Source: Lytechinus pictus
Lineage: Eukaryota
Assembly (NCBI RefSeq): GCF_037042905.1
Contig: NC_087251.1
Location: 42,286,001-42,350,000, forward strand
DNA: 64,000 nucleotides
Reading direction: 5' to 3'
The notes under the pieces are model-generated. The model did no database searches. It saw only the letters and a list, made by a program, of their open reading frames with translations, and was not told the DNA's origin. Both the position numbers and the translations under genes were made by a program. Shown piece after piece: positions 1 to 8,645 of the stretch (its first letter is position 1; every line of letters begins with the position of its first letter).

Positions 1-474
1 TGGAAAATTCTGAGTATCCATCTCGCCCTGGAAAGAACATCCTTTGTAAACCCATCTCGAACATGTTCATGGTACGGCTGCACAATCCAGCTGCCGACCA
101 TACCTCAAGAAGTATTCTCCTTAACTGTCGTGGCGTTGGCAAAGAAGAATTCTTCTTGCCAGCCACTGCCACAGTAAGAGAAGACGGAAGCGAAACATGA
201 AATATAACACCCGGTGCCTCAGGGTATATACTTAAATCACTTCACGATCATCCACTTCTGACACAGTATGGAGCGTCGTTTTGGTGCTGATGACCCTTTG
301 GAAATAGCACACAGAAGGATGCATCTCATCTTATAAGTACACCATCAGGGAAGAGTAGAAGCTTCATGCAGCTACTTAACATCACACCTGAAGTCAGGTA
401 AAACGTTCCCTTACACTACTTCTTGTGATGTCAGCCAATCATCGGCGAGTAAAGCTACTATGAATAGACGGCTG

Positions 475-3400
475 CTACTCTGGCAGATCATACAGCCTCC
501 GGGCGTTTGCATTCGCCACAGTGACCACCTCCGCAAAGGTCTCCCCCCTTCTCATGGCTATCTCCTGAGCGAGCTCACCTAAATACATCGGTGTATTCGC
601 CACAAGGGATCGCTCCGGTTTAAAATAAGGAGCGTCCGTTTCCAGAAGCAACCTTTCGATAGGGGTGTCCCTCAGCGCCTCATCCTGGGGGCCAGTGAAT
701 TCTCTCACCTTCCCAGTGAAGCCGAAGTGCGCTTGGGGAAATGCTTCGGACCATGTTCTCCGCTCCTCTTTAACAAGTGTGCAGCAATGGAGGTGAATCC
801 TCTGTTGGCGGGAACAATGTTCAACCAGCAATCGTCGGACATCTCGACTGATAGCAGTAGCACATGGATCCCCGGATGACCCACATAGATGTAGGATTAA
901 CACCTTATTCCCTATGGGCATTCCCAGAATCTGGACCAACATGTTGATCTGCTGCTCCCAAGTCGTGTCCGGGATAGAGAAGTCCAGGCCCAGCTCAGAG
1001 ACACCACAAATCCGCTGGCTGGCCAATAGCGATCGCAGTCTACTCATCGTCTTCATAGTCACATTAGTGGCCTTCTTTGGATGAATACCAACTGCCACCT
1101 TCCAACGGGGGTCCTCTGGATACCAGATTCTTCCCCACCGTTGGGGGTCACAATAGTTAAGTATCCCTCCGGTCACACGCACCGGTTTCAATGGTAACCG
1201 CCCGGGACAAGCTCGAAGAGCAGAAACCCCTCGCATTCCCAGGTATTGCTCCATTCTGTCCAGGTGTAAGTGACTATCAATGACGATTGGAAGTCTATCC
1301 CCCTCATACTCCACCGGTGCTAGGCTAATTCGCCCCGCACGGCTAATGCCTGTCTCGACAGATTCGGATGACCTTGGTCTAACCACAGGAGAAGGTGACG
1401 CAACAGGAGACTCGTCTCTCTGCCATTCACCAACCTGGCCCCGCGGTGTAGCCGATGTAGCAATTGCCCCCTCAGCTCCCAACGGAACCTCTGATACCCC
1501 TGGGGTTATTAACTCGGCAGCCTCAACCTGACTCACTGAAGGAGCCTGGGAGTCCTCGAGTTCCTCAACAGAGATTATCCGAACTACTTCCACCCTCTGG
1601 AAAGACTCGACAACTTCAGTTTGTGTATTAGGCTTGGGCGAGACAGCTCCAAACCTTGGGAAACCTTCGGCCAAACTCAACCTAGGTTTCCGCTCCGGGG
1701 ATGGTTGGGCAATTGTGGGCACTGCCATTCTTTGAGGGAGGAAGTTGCCCAGCCCTCGTAACACAGCAGGCGGCCTCACCACCCCAGAAGTACCTGGTTG
1801 AAACGGAATACCAGCTCTAATGAACCCCTGTTCAAATGCAGAACGATGGAAGCCTAATGACGGGTTAACTAATAACTCCCTCCAATGTTCTTCTGGTGTT
1901 GGGTCTGACAAACCTTGTGCAGACACATCGCCCAATTTAGATCCAGCGGAAGGGAAGTTCATTCGGGAGTTGATAAGCAACTCCTCAGAACATTCACCTG
2001 GCTTTAGATCTGGAACAGGTGACTCACTCTGCACCTCCATGGGAATCTCTGACAACTCCTCAGAGAATGCCTCTACCAACGGAGGAATAGAGCTGGTCTC
2101 ATCTGCAGCATCCGCTTCTTCCGACTTACTCATGGCAGCGTTCGCCTTGTCGGGCCGACTGGCTGTCGCGGAAATCTCATGTGTAACTGGTCTACCAGCT
2201 GCCGCGGGAATCTCTCGCGTATCTGGTCTACCGGCAGCCGCGGGAATCTCACGCGTCTCTTGCCTACCAGCTGCCGCAGGAACTTCGCGTGTATCTGGCC
2301 TACCAGCTGCCGCAGGAACTTCGCGCCGGTCCAGACGAATAGCTGCTTCAGGAACTTCACTTGTGCTTAAGCTTCCCAGCCTCTGTATACGGTCGTGGTC
2401 CTCGCGTCCCAGCCTTCCAACAAGAAAACCCAGGACTCTCCAATGAAGGAGTGCTACCCAGGAACTCAAGGGACGTAGGCCTATTGGGACCGAGCATACC
2501 CAGCCCCGATTCCTCGCAAAGGCGACCATCTCGGCCTGCCCTCGCTGCGCGAGTATCCCCACAGGGTCCGGACGTTCTAGGTCGACAAACCGACACAGAG
2601 CATCCAATGACCTCGTACCGATTAAACAAAGGGAGATCTCCCTCAGCACTTCCTCTCGCAACCCACTAAGCTCCGGGCGAGGATAGACGCTGCCCTTATG
2701 CTCCTGGAAGCACTCCGGCATATGAGAATAAACATGCCATTTCAGCTTCCCAGCGATCGCCCCACAACCTGGTATTAAACAGGGCTTCTTATAATAGCGG
2801 CCCCTCTTTTCCGGTATTTCATGGGTTGGGGCCTCTGAAGGCATGGAGGAAAACCCAGCGTGGGTCTTTCTTCCACCTGCAGGGGGCCCACCGCGGTTAC
2901 GACTGCGGGAGCGGTTCCGCTTCCGGGACTCATCCCTACCCTGATGCGAACCTTGTGTGGTTGGGTGGACATTCCGGTCCGCCCCAACTGAAGACTGCCT
3001 GGGAGCCGGTCCGGGAGGCGGCCCGGCAAATTCGCCCCGCCTTTCCTCTCGAGGACGGCTCACTCTGGCAGCTGAAGCTAGATGCGGACGATCGCCCGGC
3101 CTGGCTTCGGATGTTCCGCTCCGAGTGGAGGCAGTGGGAGTTGGGCCATCACTTTCGCTCTGCCTCGCTCCTGCCGTGCCACTCTGAGTAGACGCATTTG
3201 GAGTTGGGCGAGCATCCTCGCTCTGCCTCCCTCCTGATCTTTCTGTCTGAGTGGGCGAACTAGGAGCCGGTTGGGCACCTTCGCCCTCCCTGGCTGCTGG
3301 CTCACCTCTCTGAGTAGATGCTCCGTAGGTGGAGCGAGCACTTCCGCTCTGCCCGGCACCTGAGCCACTACTCCGTGTAGAAGCTGGGGTCGAGCGAACA

Positions 3401-4212
3401 TCATCGCTCCGCTCAGTTTCTCGCTGATTATTTCTGCTCTGCGGCTGGCCAGAGGTTGGGCGATTGGCATTAGCCTGCCCGCCTTGTGGCTTGTTACCAG
3501 GCGCGGGCCTCTTCTTACGTCTCCCACCACGGGGACGCCTCCCACGCCCAGATTGCCCAGAGCTAGAAGCACCAGTCGGCTGACGGAAAGTCCCGCTGGA
3601 TGCCCTTCCAGCCGGCGGGTTGGCTGGGTGAACTCCACCTTGCCTTCCTGCCGCTGCATTAGCGGAACCTGCCGACTGGCCGCTTGCCGACGCGTTGGGT
3701 GATGCCGGCGGGCGAGGCACTCCACTCCGCCTGCCTGCCGCAACGTCCGCGTATGAGGCCGACTGGCGAAATCCCCCGCCCTGACTGCCTCGCTGGCCGC
3801 GGTTCTGATAGGGCCTGGGAGCCGGAATCTCCTCACCCGGGGTCCAGAACTCCTCGTCCCTATCCGGAGGGATGGACCACGCGTCCATTCCATTTTCAGG
3901 TACGTTGCGGTGCCCCTCAATGTTGGGGACATTTAACAATACCCATTCGCGGTCTTTGAAAGTGGTTCGTAACAACCAATACTGGAGGCAGGTTATCCAC
4001 CTCCAGTCCCTACGCCTGAATGCAAAGCCATGTTGCTTTACGGCCAAGCATTCAAACGCCATTGGTGACATTTTTGTCGCCGAACGGCACACAAATGAAG
4101 GGTGGAGCAAAATGCCCGCATCTGTGGCCCCCCACACCCTTCTCCTCACTTGCTCCTCGTAATCTTCTCCCTCCTCCTCCGCACGTCTAGGTCGTCTTGG
4201 CCATCGGGGCAT
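475..4212 (-). CDS. Retrotransposon ORF3 (1245 aa): long R/S/G/Q-rich disordered region, C2H2-like zinc motif, 12-aa repeats, C-terminal TatD-family DNase domain (~478-1290)
   Basis: TatD motifs IDSHLHLD, VGIHP, SELGLD, ILHL, IHLHC, FGFTG, LLLETDAPY, NARRLY; motif CLIPGC-x9-HVYSH at ~2720-2781. Confidence 0.9.
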   Translation of the reverse strand: MPRWPRRPRRAEEEGEDYEEQVRRRVWGATDAGILLHPSFVCRSATKMSPMAFECLAVKQHGFAFRRRDWRWITCLQYWLLRTTFKDREWVLLNVPNIEGHRNVPENGMDAWSIPPDRDEEFWTPGEEIPAPRPYQNRGQRGSQGGGFRQSASYADVAAGRRSGVPRPPASPNASASGQSAGSANAAAGRQGGVHPANPPAGRASSGTFRQPTGASSSGQSGRGRRPRGGRRKKRPAPGNKPQGGQANANRPTSGQPQSRNNQRETERSDDVRSTPASTRSSGSGAGQSGSARSTYGASTQRGEPAAREGEGAQPAPSSPTQTERSGGRQSEDARPTPNASTQSGTAGARQSESDGPTPTASTRSGTSEARPGDRPHLASAARVSRPREERRGEFAGPPPGPAPRQSSVGADRNVHPTTQGSHQGRDESRKRNRSRSRNRGGPPAGGRKTHAGFSSMPSEAPTHEIPEKRGRYYKKPCLIPGCGAIAGKLKWHVYSHMPECFQEHKGSVYPRPELSGLREEVLREISLCLIGTRSLDALCRFVDLERPDPVGILAQRGQAEMVAFARNRGWVCSVPIGLRPLSSWVALLHWRVLGFLVGRLGREDHDRIQRLGSLSTSEVPEAAIRLDRREVPAAAGRPDTREVPAAAGRQETREIPAAAGRPDTREIPAAAGRPVTHEISATASRPDKANAAMSKSEEADAADETSSIPPLVEAFSEELSEIPMEVQSESPVPDLKPGECSEELLINSRMNFPSAGSKLGDVSAQGLSDPTPEEHWRELLVNPSLGFHRSAFEQGFIRAGIPFQPGTSGVVRPPAVLRGLGNFLPQRMAVPTIAQPSPERKPRLSLAEGFPRFGAVSPKPNTQTEVVESFQRVEVVRIISVEELEDSQAPSVSQVEAAELITPGVSEVPLGAEGAIATSATPRGQVGEWQRDESPVASPSPVVRPRSSESVETGISRAGRISLAPVEYEGDRLPIVIDSHLHLDRMEQYLGMRGVSALRACPGRLPLKPVRVTGGILNYCDPQRWGRIWYPEDPRWKVAVGIHPKKATNVTMKTMSRLRSLLASQRICGVSELGLDFSIPDTTWEQQINMLVQILGMPIGNKVLILHLCGSSGDPCATAISRDVRRLLVEHCSRQQRIHLHCCTLVKEERRTWSEAFPQAHFGFTGKVREFTGPQDEALRDTPIERLLLETDAPYFKPERSLVANTPMYLGELAQEIAMRRGETFAEVVTVANANARRLYDLPE
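2160..2360 (-). repeat. About 5 copies of a 36-bp coding tandem repeat in ORF3 (REV/IPAAAGRPDT)
   Basis: Repeats visible in both the DNA and the translation. Confidence 0.85.
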
Positions 4213-4220
4213 CTTCGGAT

Positions 4221-4248
4221 CTGAAATACAAACAGAGGGGAAAACACC
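4221..4248 (-). promoter_or_regulatory. 3' splice acceptor just upstream of the ORF3 ATG
   Basis: Minus strand reads GGTGTTTTCCCCTCTGTTTGTATTTCAG|ATCCGAAGATG; the ATG at 4212 is 8 nt into the exon. Confidence 0.65.
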
Positions 4249-4356
4249 ATTAGAATTTGGAAATAACTTCCCTCTGTCTTATCTCCCAGACCCCATAAAT
4301 AATATACCAAGACCCACATGTCCATTAGAGGTTCTTGAGAAAAGGAGTGGATTTCC

Positions 4357-7300
4357 CTAGGTCCTAGATGCGCATCCCGGACAATGGTATTCTTCATCCA
4401 ACCCCAGCATCTCGCCTTCCTCTTCGGACATTCCCACGCACTGACCGTGGAACCATTCTTCGCATTTATCACACTGGATCATAAATTTTCCTCCCCAGGG
4501 CTTCCTGCAAAGGCAATACACCTCCTCGTGCCTGTGCTTCTTCCCTTTCTTATTCGGAGGAATAGTCCGATCTCTGCATGGTTTCATGCGGTCATGGTTC
4601 ACCGTCATCCTAACATTCTTATACTCGACCCGGTACAGGAATGGAGACAGTCTCTCCACAATCAATGCAGGACCTTTCCAGGGAGGGCAAAGTTTCTTGC
4701 ACTTCCCTTTGGATTGAGCCGTGTCCAACAAGTATACTCGTTCACCTACCTCATACTTCCTCTGGAACACTTTCATGTCATAGTCCTTTTTCTGTCTTTT
4801 TTGGGTCTCTTTTAGATGAGACCTGGCCAGCGAGTGTACATCGGCTAATGTCTTACGCAGATTCGCACAGTACTCCTCGCTTTCTACTGGTTGTGCTGCT
4901 TGCGGCATCGGGAACAGTAAGTCCACCGGTTGGGTCACTTCCCTTCCAAGCATTAGCCGGTTGGGAGTAAATCCGGTGCTTCTATTCACTGTTGATCGTA
5001 TGGCCCCTGCGATTTGAGGAACAAACTCGTCCCAACTTCGCTGGTTCTTGCCTACGAAACAACGCACTGCATCCATCAGCGTCCGGTTAAATCGCTCCAC
5101 CTGACCATTGGCCGAAGGACGATAAGCCGTTGTTCTCGCCTTATGTATTTGCAACATCTTACACATGCTTGTAAACAAACGACTCTCGAAATTACGGCCT
5201 TGGTCGGTGAAGACCTGCAGGGGACACCCGAAACGGCTGAAGAAATGGTCCACCGCTGCTCGGGCTGTCACTTCTGCGGTCTGTGAAGGCAAAGGTATGC
5301 ACTCCACCCATTTCGTGAATTGATCAACCATTACCAGGATATTCTCGTTCCCATTCGCCGTTTTTGGCAGGGGACCCAAGAAATCCAAGTGCACCCTTTC
5401 CATGGGGTAGCCAGCATGATAGCTGATCATAGGGTTCCTCCCGTGTCTGGCAGACTTCTTGCATTGGTTACAGGTTGGACATTTGCGGATAAAGTCACTC
5501 ACATCCTTCCCCATACCATACCAGAAGAACCGCCTCTTCATCTTGGAGATCACCCTTACATTGCCAGCATGCCCTGCCAAGGGCAAATCATGGTTAAGTC
5601 TAACCAATTCTTCCCTCATAGAGTGAGGAATGAGAAGTAAATCCCCTTCGCCCTTGTTCTGGTAAATTACCCCATTTTCCAGGTGAAATGTATCCTTGTT
5701 GATCCACAGGTTCTTCTGCTCGGGACTCCATAACATCATAGTTCCCTCGCTAGGTTCTTCACCTGTGGCCAACCATTCCCGTAATGGAAGAAATTCTGGA
5801 TCTTTGTCTTGTTCTTCTTTCAATCTCACGGCTGGGGGTGTTTCTGGCTCCTCGACCACCTGGGAGATATTCAGTTCCTCGGTGATCGGTCTGGAGCTCT
5901 CAACTACCTCGTCCGACCGTAAATCCGATCTCACGGCCGGGGGTGTTTCTGGCTCTTCGACCGCCTGGGAGATATTCTGTTCCTCGGCGATCAGCCTTGA
6001 GCTCTCAACTACCTCTTCCGACCGTAGATCAGGGTCCGATTTCACCACCATGTGGGTTGTCCAAAACCCTGACTCAAGGTTTTGGCCAATGGTGTTTTTC
6101 CGTTCTCCTGTGACTGATGCCAAGGGAACTACGTCATCCACCTCTTCTACAAAAGGAGCCCAGTTCCGGTGAGCCTTCTCACAGTAGGGGCACCCACCAC
6201 AAGGAAGATCTTCTAACTTGAATCCTAGCCGGAATTCTTCGCAGAAGAGCTCAGTGTCAGGAACTCGAGACAATGCGTCCGCATTCCCATGCTGTTTCCC
6301 CGGGCGGTGTATCACCTTCATCTGATACTGACTTAGTTCTTCCAACCATCGGGCTATTTGCCCTTGAGGATGTTTGAAGTTCATCAGCCAGATGAGACTA
6401 CTGTGATCTGTGCGCACCAAAAACGAGTTACCTAAAAGGTAGTGGCGGTACTGCCGTGTGAACTTCACCACTGCTAGGAGTTCTCTCCTTGTCACACAGT
6501 ACCTTCTCTGTTCGGGAGACAGTGATATGCTTCCGTAGGCCACTACTCTCTCTTGTCCATCCTGAACCTGGAGTAACTCCGCGCCGATAGCCTCATTCGA
6601 AGCATCGGTGTCCAGGATGAATGGATCCTGCAAGTTGGGCATGGTCAACACTGGGGCTGAGGTAAGCAGCTCCTTTATAGAGTCAAACGCCTCCTGTTGT
6701 TCAGGTCCCCAGCAGAACATGTTTTTCCCAGTGATCTTGTACAGAGGAACAGCCGCCGCTGCATAATTCTTGATGAAGGTCCTGTGATAGTTCACTAACC
6801 CCAAGAATCTCTCCACTTGTTTCGTGTTGCGCGGCGCTGGCCAATTCCTCACTGCTTCAATCTGATCTGGTTTCAGAGAGATCTTGTTTTCTCCTACATT
6901 CCGGCCCAGGAACTCTACCTCGCGCCGGAACAATTCACACTTCTTTGGTTTCAGCTTCAACTTGAAGCTTCTAAACCTTTCTAAGACCTCCCTCAAGTTA
7001 TTCATGTGATCCTCAAAAGACTTTCCCAGAACTACTACATCATCGAGGAATGCTAGGACTATGTCCCAATTCAAACCTCTTAAGATTAAGTCCATGGCTC
7101 GTGAGAAAGTCGCGGGAGCGTTGCACAATCCAAAACCCATCCTCACAAATTCGTACAATCCGTACTTTGTGGTGAAAGCAGTCTTCTTGCGATCCTCTTC
7201 CGCTATTTGGACTTGCCAATACGCAGAGTTCGCATCCAGCTTGGAAAACCAACGCGTCCCGGAAAGGGTATCCAGACACTCCTCGATATTCGGGAGGGGA

Positions 7301-8592
7301 TATACATCTTTCTGAGTGATCTGATTGAGTCCTCGGTAATCTACACACCAGCGGACTCCCCCATCTCTCTTCCGTACCAGTACAGGTGCAGACGCCCACT
7401 CCGATTGTGAAGGCTGAATAACCCCAGCCTCCTTCATTCGTTTCAGCACTGCCTTTTCTTCTTCTGCGAAACGCATCGGCGTTCTTCGCATCTTGTGCTT
7501 TACTGGGGCTGATGTACCTGTCTCTATCTTGTGCTCAATAGCTGTAAATTCTCCTAAGTCGAAGTCGTGACGGGCAAACGCGTCTCCGAACTCCCCCAGG
7601 ATACGCCTAAGTTCAGCTTCCTGTTCAGAGTTCAAGAGTTCCGAAGATCGGTCATACAAATCCTGTAAATGTTCTGGCACCTCTTCCGCCACGTCCTCTG
7701 TTAAGCAGTTGACTTTAGGTTCCAGCTCTTGAGGCGCCGAATGTGACCTGGTTTCCTCATCTCTTTCTGGAAGAGAAGATGGCACCTGAGCCACAGCCAC
7801 TGCCTCGAAGACCCGGCCTATTATCTTGTTGCCCTCCAGATGGACTACTCTGTCGGTTGGGTTCAAAACATACAGTTGAATGAGCGTACCTCCGTCATGT
7901 AGCGACCTAGGTGCTAGAGCGGGTAATACGGATGATGGCTCAAAAACACAAGCGTTCATCCTCTGGTCTATTACCCCGGTGACACGCTTCAGTGTGTTGG
8001 GTGGGATGGTGGTCCGGTGTGAGGTGCTAACTCTGGCTACTCGTCCACCATTCCGACCAACTCCGAACTTCATGGGTATCCGTTCATCCCCCATAAGCAG
8101 CTCCTTACTACTTATAAGGATATCGATTGAATGCTGCTCAAGAAAATCTAGCCCCAACAGCATGTCATCCGCTATCGATGCTGTGTAAATGTTACCGGGA
8201 AAACACTTTCTTCCAATTCCTACCTCCACTGGGCCGATCACTGCTCCTTGCAAGCGTGTATCTCGGCCAGCGGTGCTCAAAACAACTTCCTTCACCAGGG
8301 GCGGGGCAGGGTCAAGTAGTTTCATCACTCGATCCGAGATAATGGTCACTTCTGCAGCAGAATCTACCACTGCGTCAAGTGTAACGCCATTCACCTTTAC
8401 CTCTACTCTCAGCATCGAGGACGAACGAAGTTGACAGACCACTACCTCCTGCGGAGATTCCAACTCCGGTTCTTCCCATTGGGTAGGGAGGACGTTGCTC
8501 TCTTCTTCACCAGCTGATAATTCTACCTCTGAGGAATGCGGATCCTCGTCTTCCAGTTCCAGTTGGTTTACATATTCCGCTAACACCTTCAT
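4357..8592 (-). CDS. pol: Gypsy Pol polyprotein: aspartic protease, reverse transcriptase, RNase H, integrase, C-terminal PHD finger; probably translated by -1 frameshift from gag (frame open from ~8745)
   Basis: PR AVVDSAAEVT; RT RWCVDYRGLN, KTAFTT, FGLCNAPATF, FLDD; RH ILDTDAS, TDHSSL; IN HDLPLAGH...CPTC, VHLDFLGP, TDQGRNF, NGQVERFN, WKGP; PHD YCLC...MIQCDKCEEWFHGQC...CPGC. Confidence 0.97.
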   Translation of the reverse strand: MKVLAEYVNQLELEDEDPHSSEVELSAGEEESNVLPTQWEEPELESPQEVVVCQLRSSSMLRVEVKVNGVTLDAVVDSAAEVTIISDRVMKLLDPAPPLVKEVVLSTAGRDTRLQGAVIGPVEVGIGRKCFPGNIYTASIADDMLLGLDFLEQHSIDILISSKELLMGDERIPMKFGVGRNGGRVARVSTSHRTTIPPNTLKRVTGVIDQRMNACVFEPSSVLPALAPRSLHDGGTLIQLYVLNPTDRVVHLEGNKIIGRVFEAVAVAQVPSSLPERDEETRSHSAPQELEPKVNCLTEDVAEEVPEHLQDLYDRSSELLNSEQEAELRRILGEFGDAFARHDFDLGEFTAIEHKIETGTSAPVKHKMRRTPMRFAEEEKAVLKRMKEAGVIQPSQSEWASAPVLVRKRDGGVRWCVDYRGLNQITQKDVYPLPNIEECLDTLSGTRWFSKLDANSAYWQVQIAEEDRKKTAFTTKYGLYEFVRMGFGLCNAPATFSRAMDLILRGLNWDIVLAFLDDVVVLGKSFEDHMNNLREVLERFRSFKLKLKPKKCELFRREVEFLGRNVGENKISLKPDQIEAVRNWPAPRNTKQVERFLGLVNYHRTFIKNYAAAAVPLYKITGKNMFCWGPEQQEAFDSIKELLTSAPVLTMPNLQDPFILDTDASNEAIGAELLQVQDGQERVVAYGSISLSPEQRRYCVTRRELLAVVKFTRQYRHYLLGNSFLVRTDHSSLIWLMNFKHPQGQIARWLEELSQYQMKVIHRPGKQHGNADALSRVPDTELFCEEFRLGFKLEDLPCGGCPYCEKAHRNWAPFVEEVDDVVPLASVTGERKNTIGQNLESGFWTTHMVVKSDPDLRSEEVVESSRLIAEEQNISQAVEEPETPPAVRSDLRSDEVVESSRPITEELNISQVVEEPETPPAVRLKEEQDKDPEFLPLREWLATGEEPSEGTMMLWSPEQKNLWINKDTFHLENGVIYQNKGEGDLLLIPHSMREELVRLNHDLPLAGHAGNVRVISKMKRRFFWYGMGKDVSDFIRKCPTCNQCKKSARHGRNPMISYHAGYPMERVHLDFLGPLPKTANGNENILVMVDQFTKWVECIPLPSQTAEVTARAAVDHFFSRFGCPLQVFTDQGRNFESRLFTSMCKMLQIHKARTTAYRPSANGQVERFNRTLMDAVRCFVGKNQRSWDEFVPQIAGAIRSTVNRSTGFTPNRLMLGREVTQPVDLLFPMPQAAQPVESEEYCANLRKTLADVHSLARSHLKETQKRQKKDYDMKVFQRKYEVGERVYLLDTAQSKGKCKKLCPPWKGPALIVERLSPFLYRVEYKNVRMTVNHDRMKPCRDRTIPPNKKGKKHRHEEVYCLCRKPWGGKFMIQCDKCEEWFHGQCVGMSEEEGEMLGLDEEYHCPGCASRT
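5823..6030 (-). repeat. 105-bp (35-aa) in-frame tandem duplication in the RNase H-integrase linker
   Basis: DLRSEEVVESSRLIAEEQNISQAVEEPETPPAVR followed by DLRSDEVVESSRPITEELNISQVVEEPETPPAVR. Confidence 0.9.
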
Positions 8593-8645
8593 AAACTCTG
8601 GAAGACCGGCTACACCTTCCTCAGGTTTGTCTGTAGTTGGGTGAC

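Noticed and set aside
3..200. Plus-strand frame open from the window edge, a possible tail of an antisense ORF
   Set aside because: Only 65 codons visible, other frames are also open, no motif; needs upstream sequence
3078..3932. 284-aa alternative-frame ORF overlapping ORF3
   Set aside because: Lies over GC-rich low-complexity codons and has no recognisable motif
475..4212. ORF3 as an env gene or a host TATDN gene
   Set aside because: No signal peptide or TM anchor is evident; it is intronless, unlike neighbouring host genes, and tightly linked to pol
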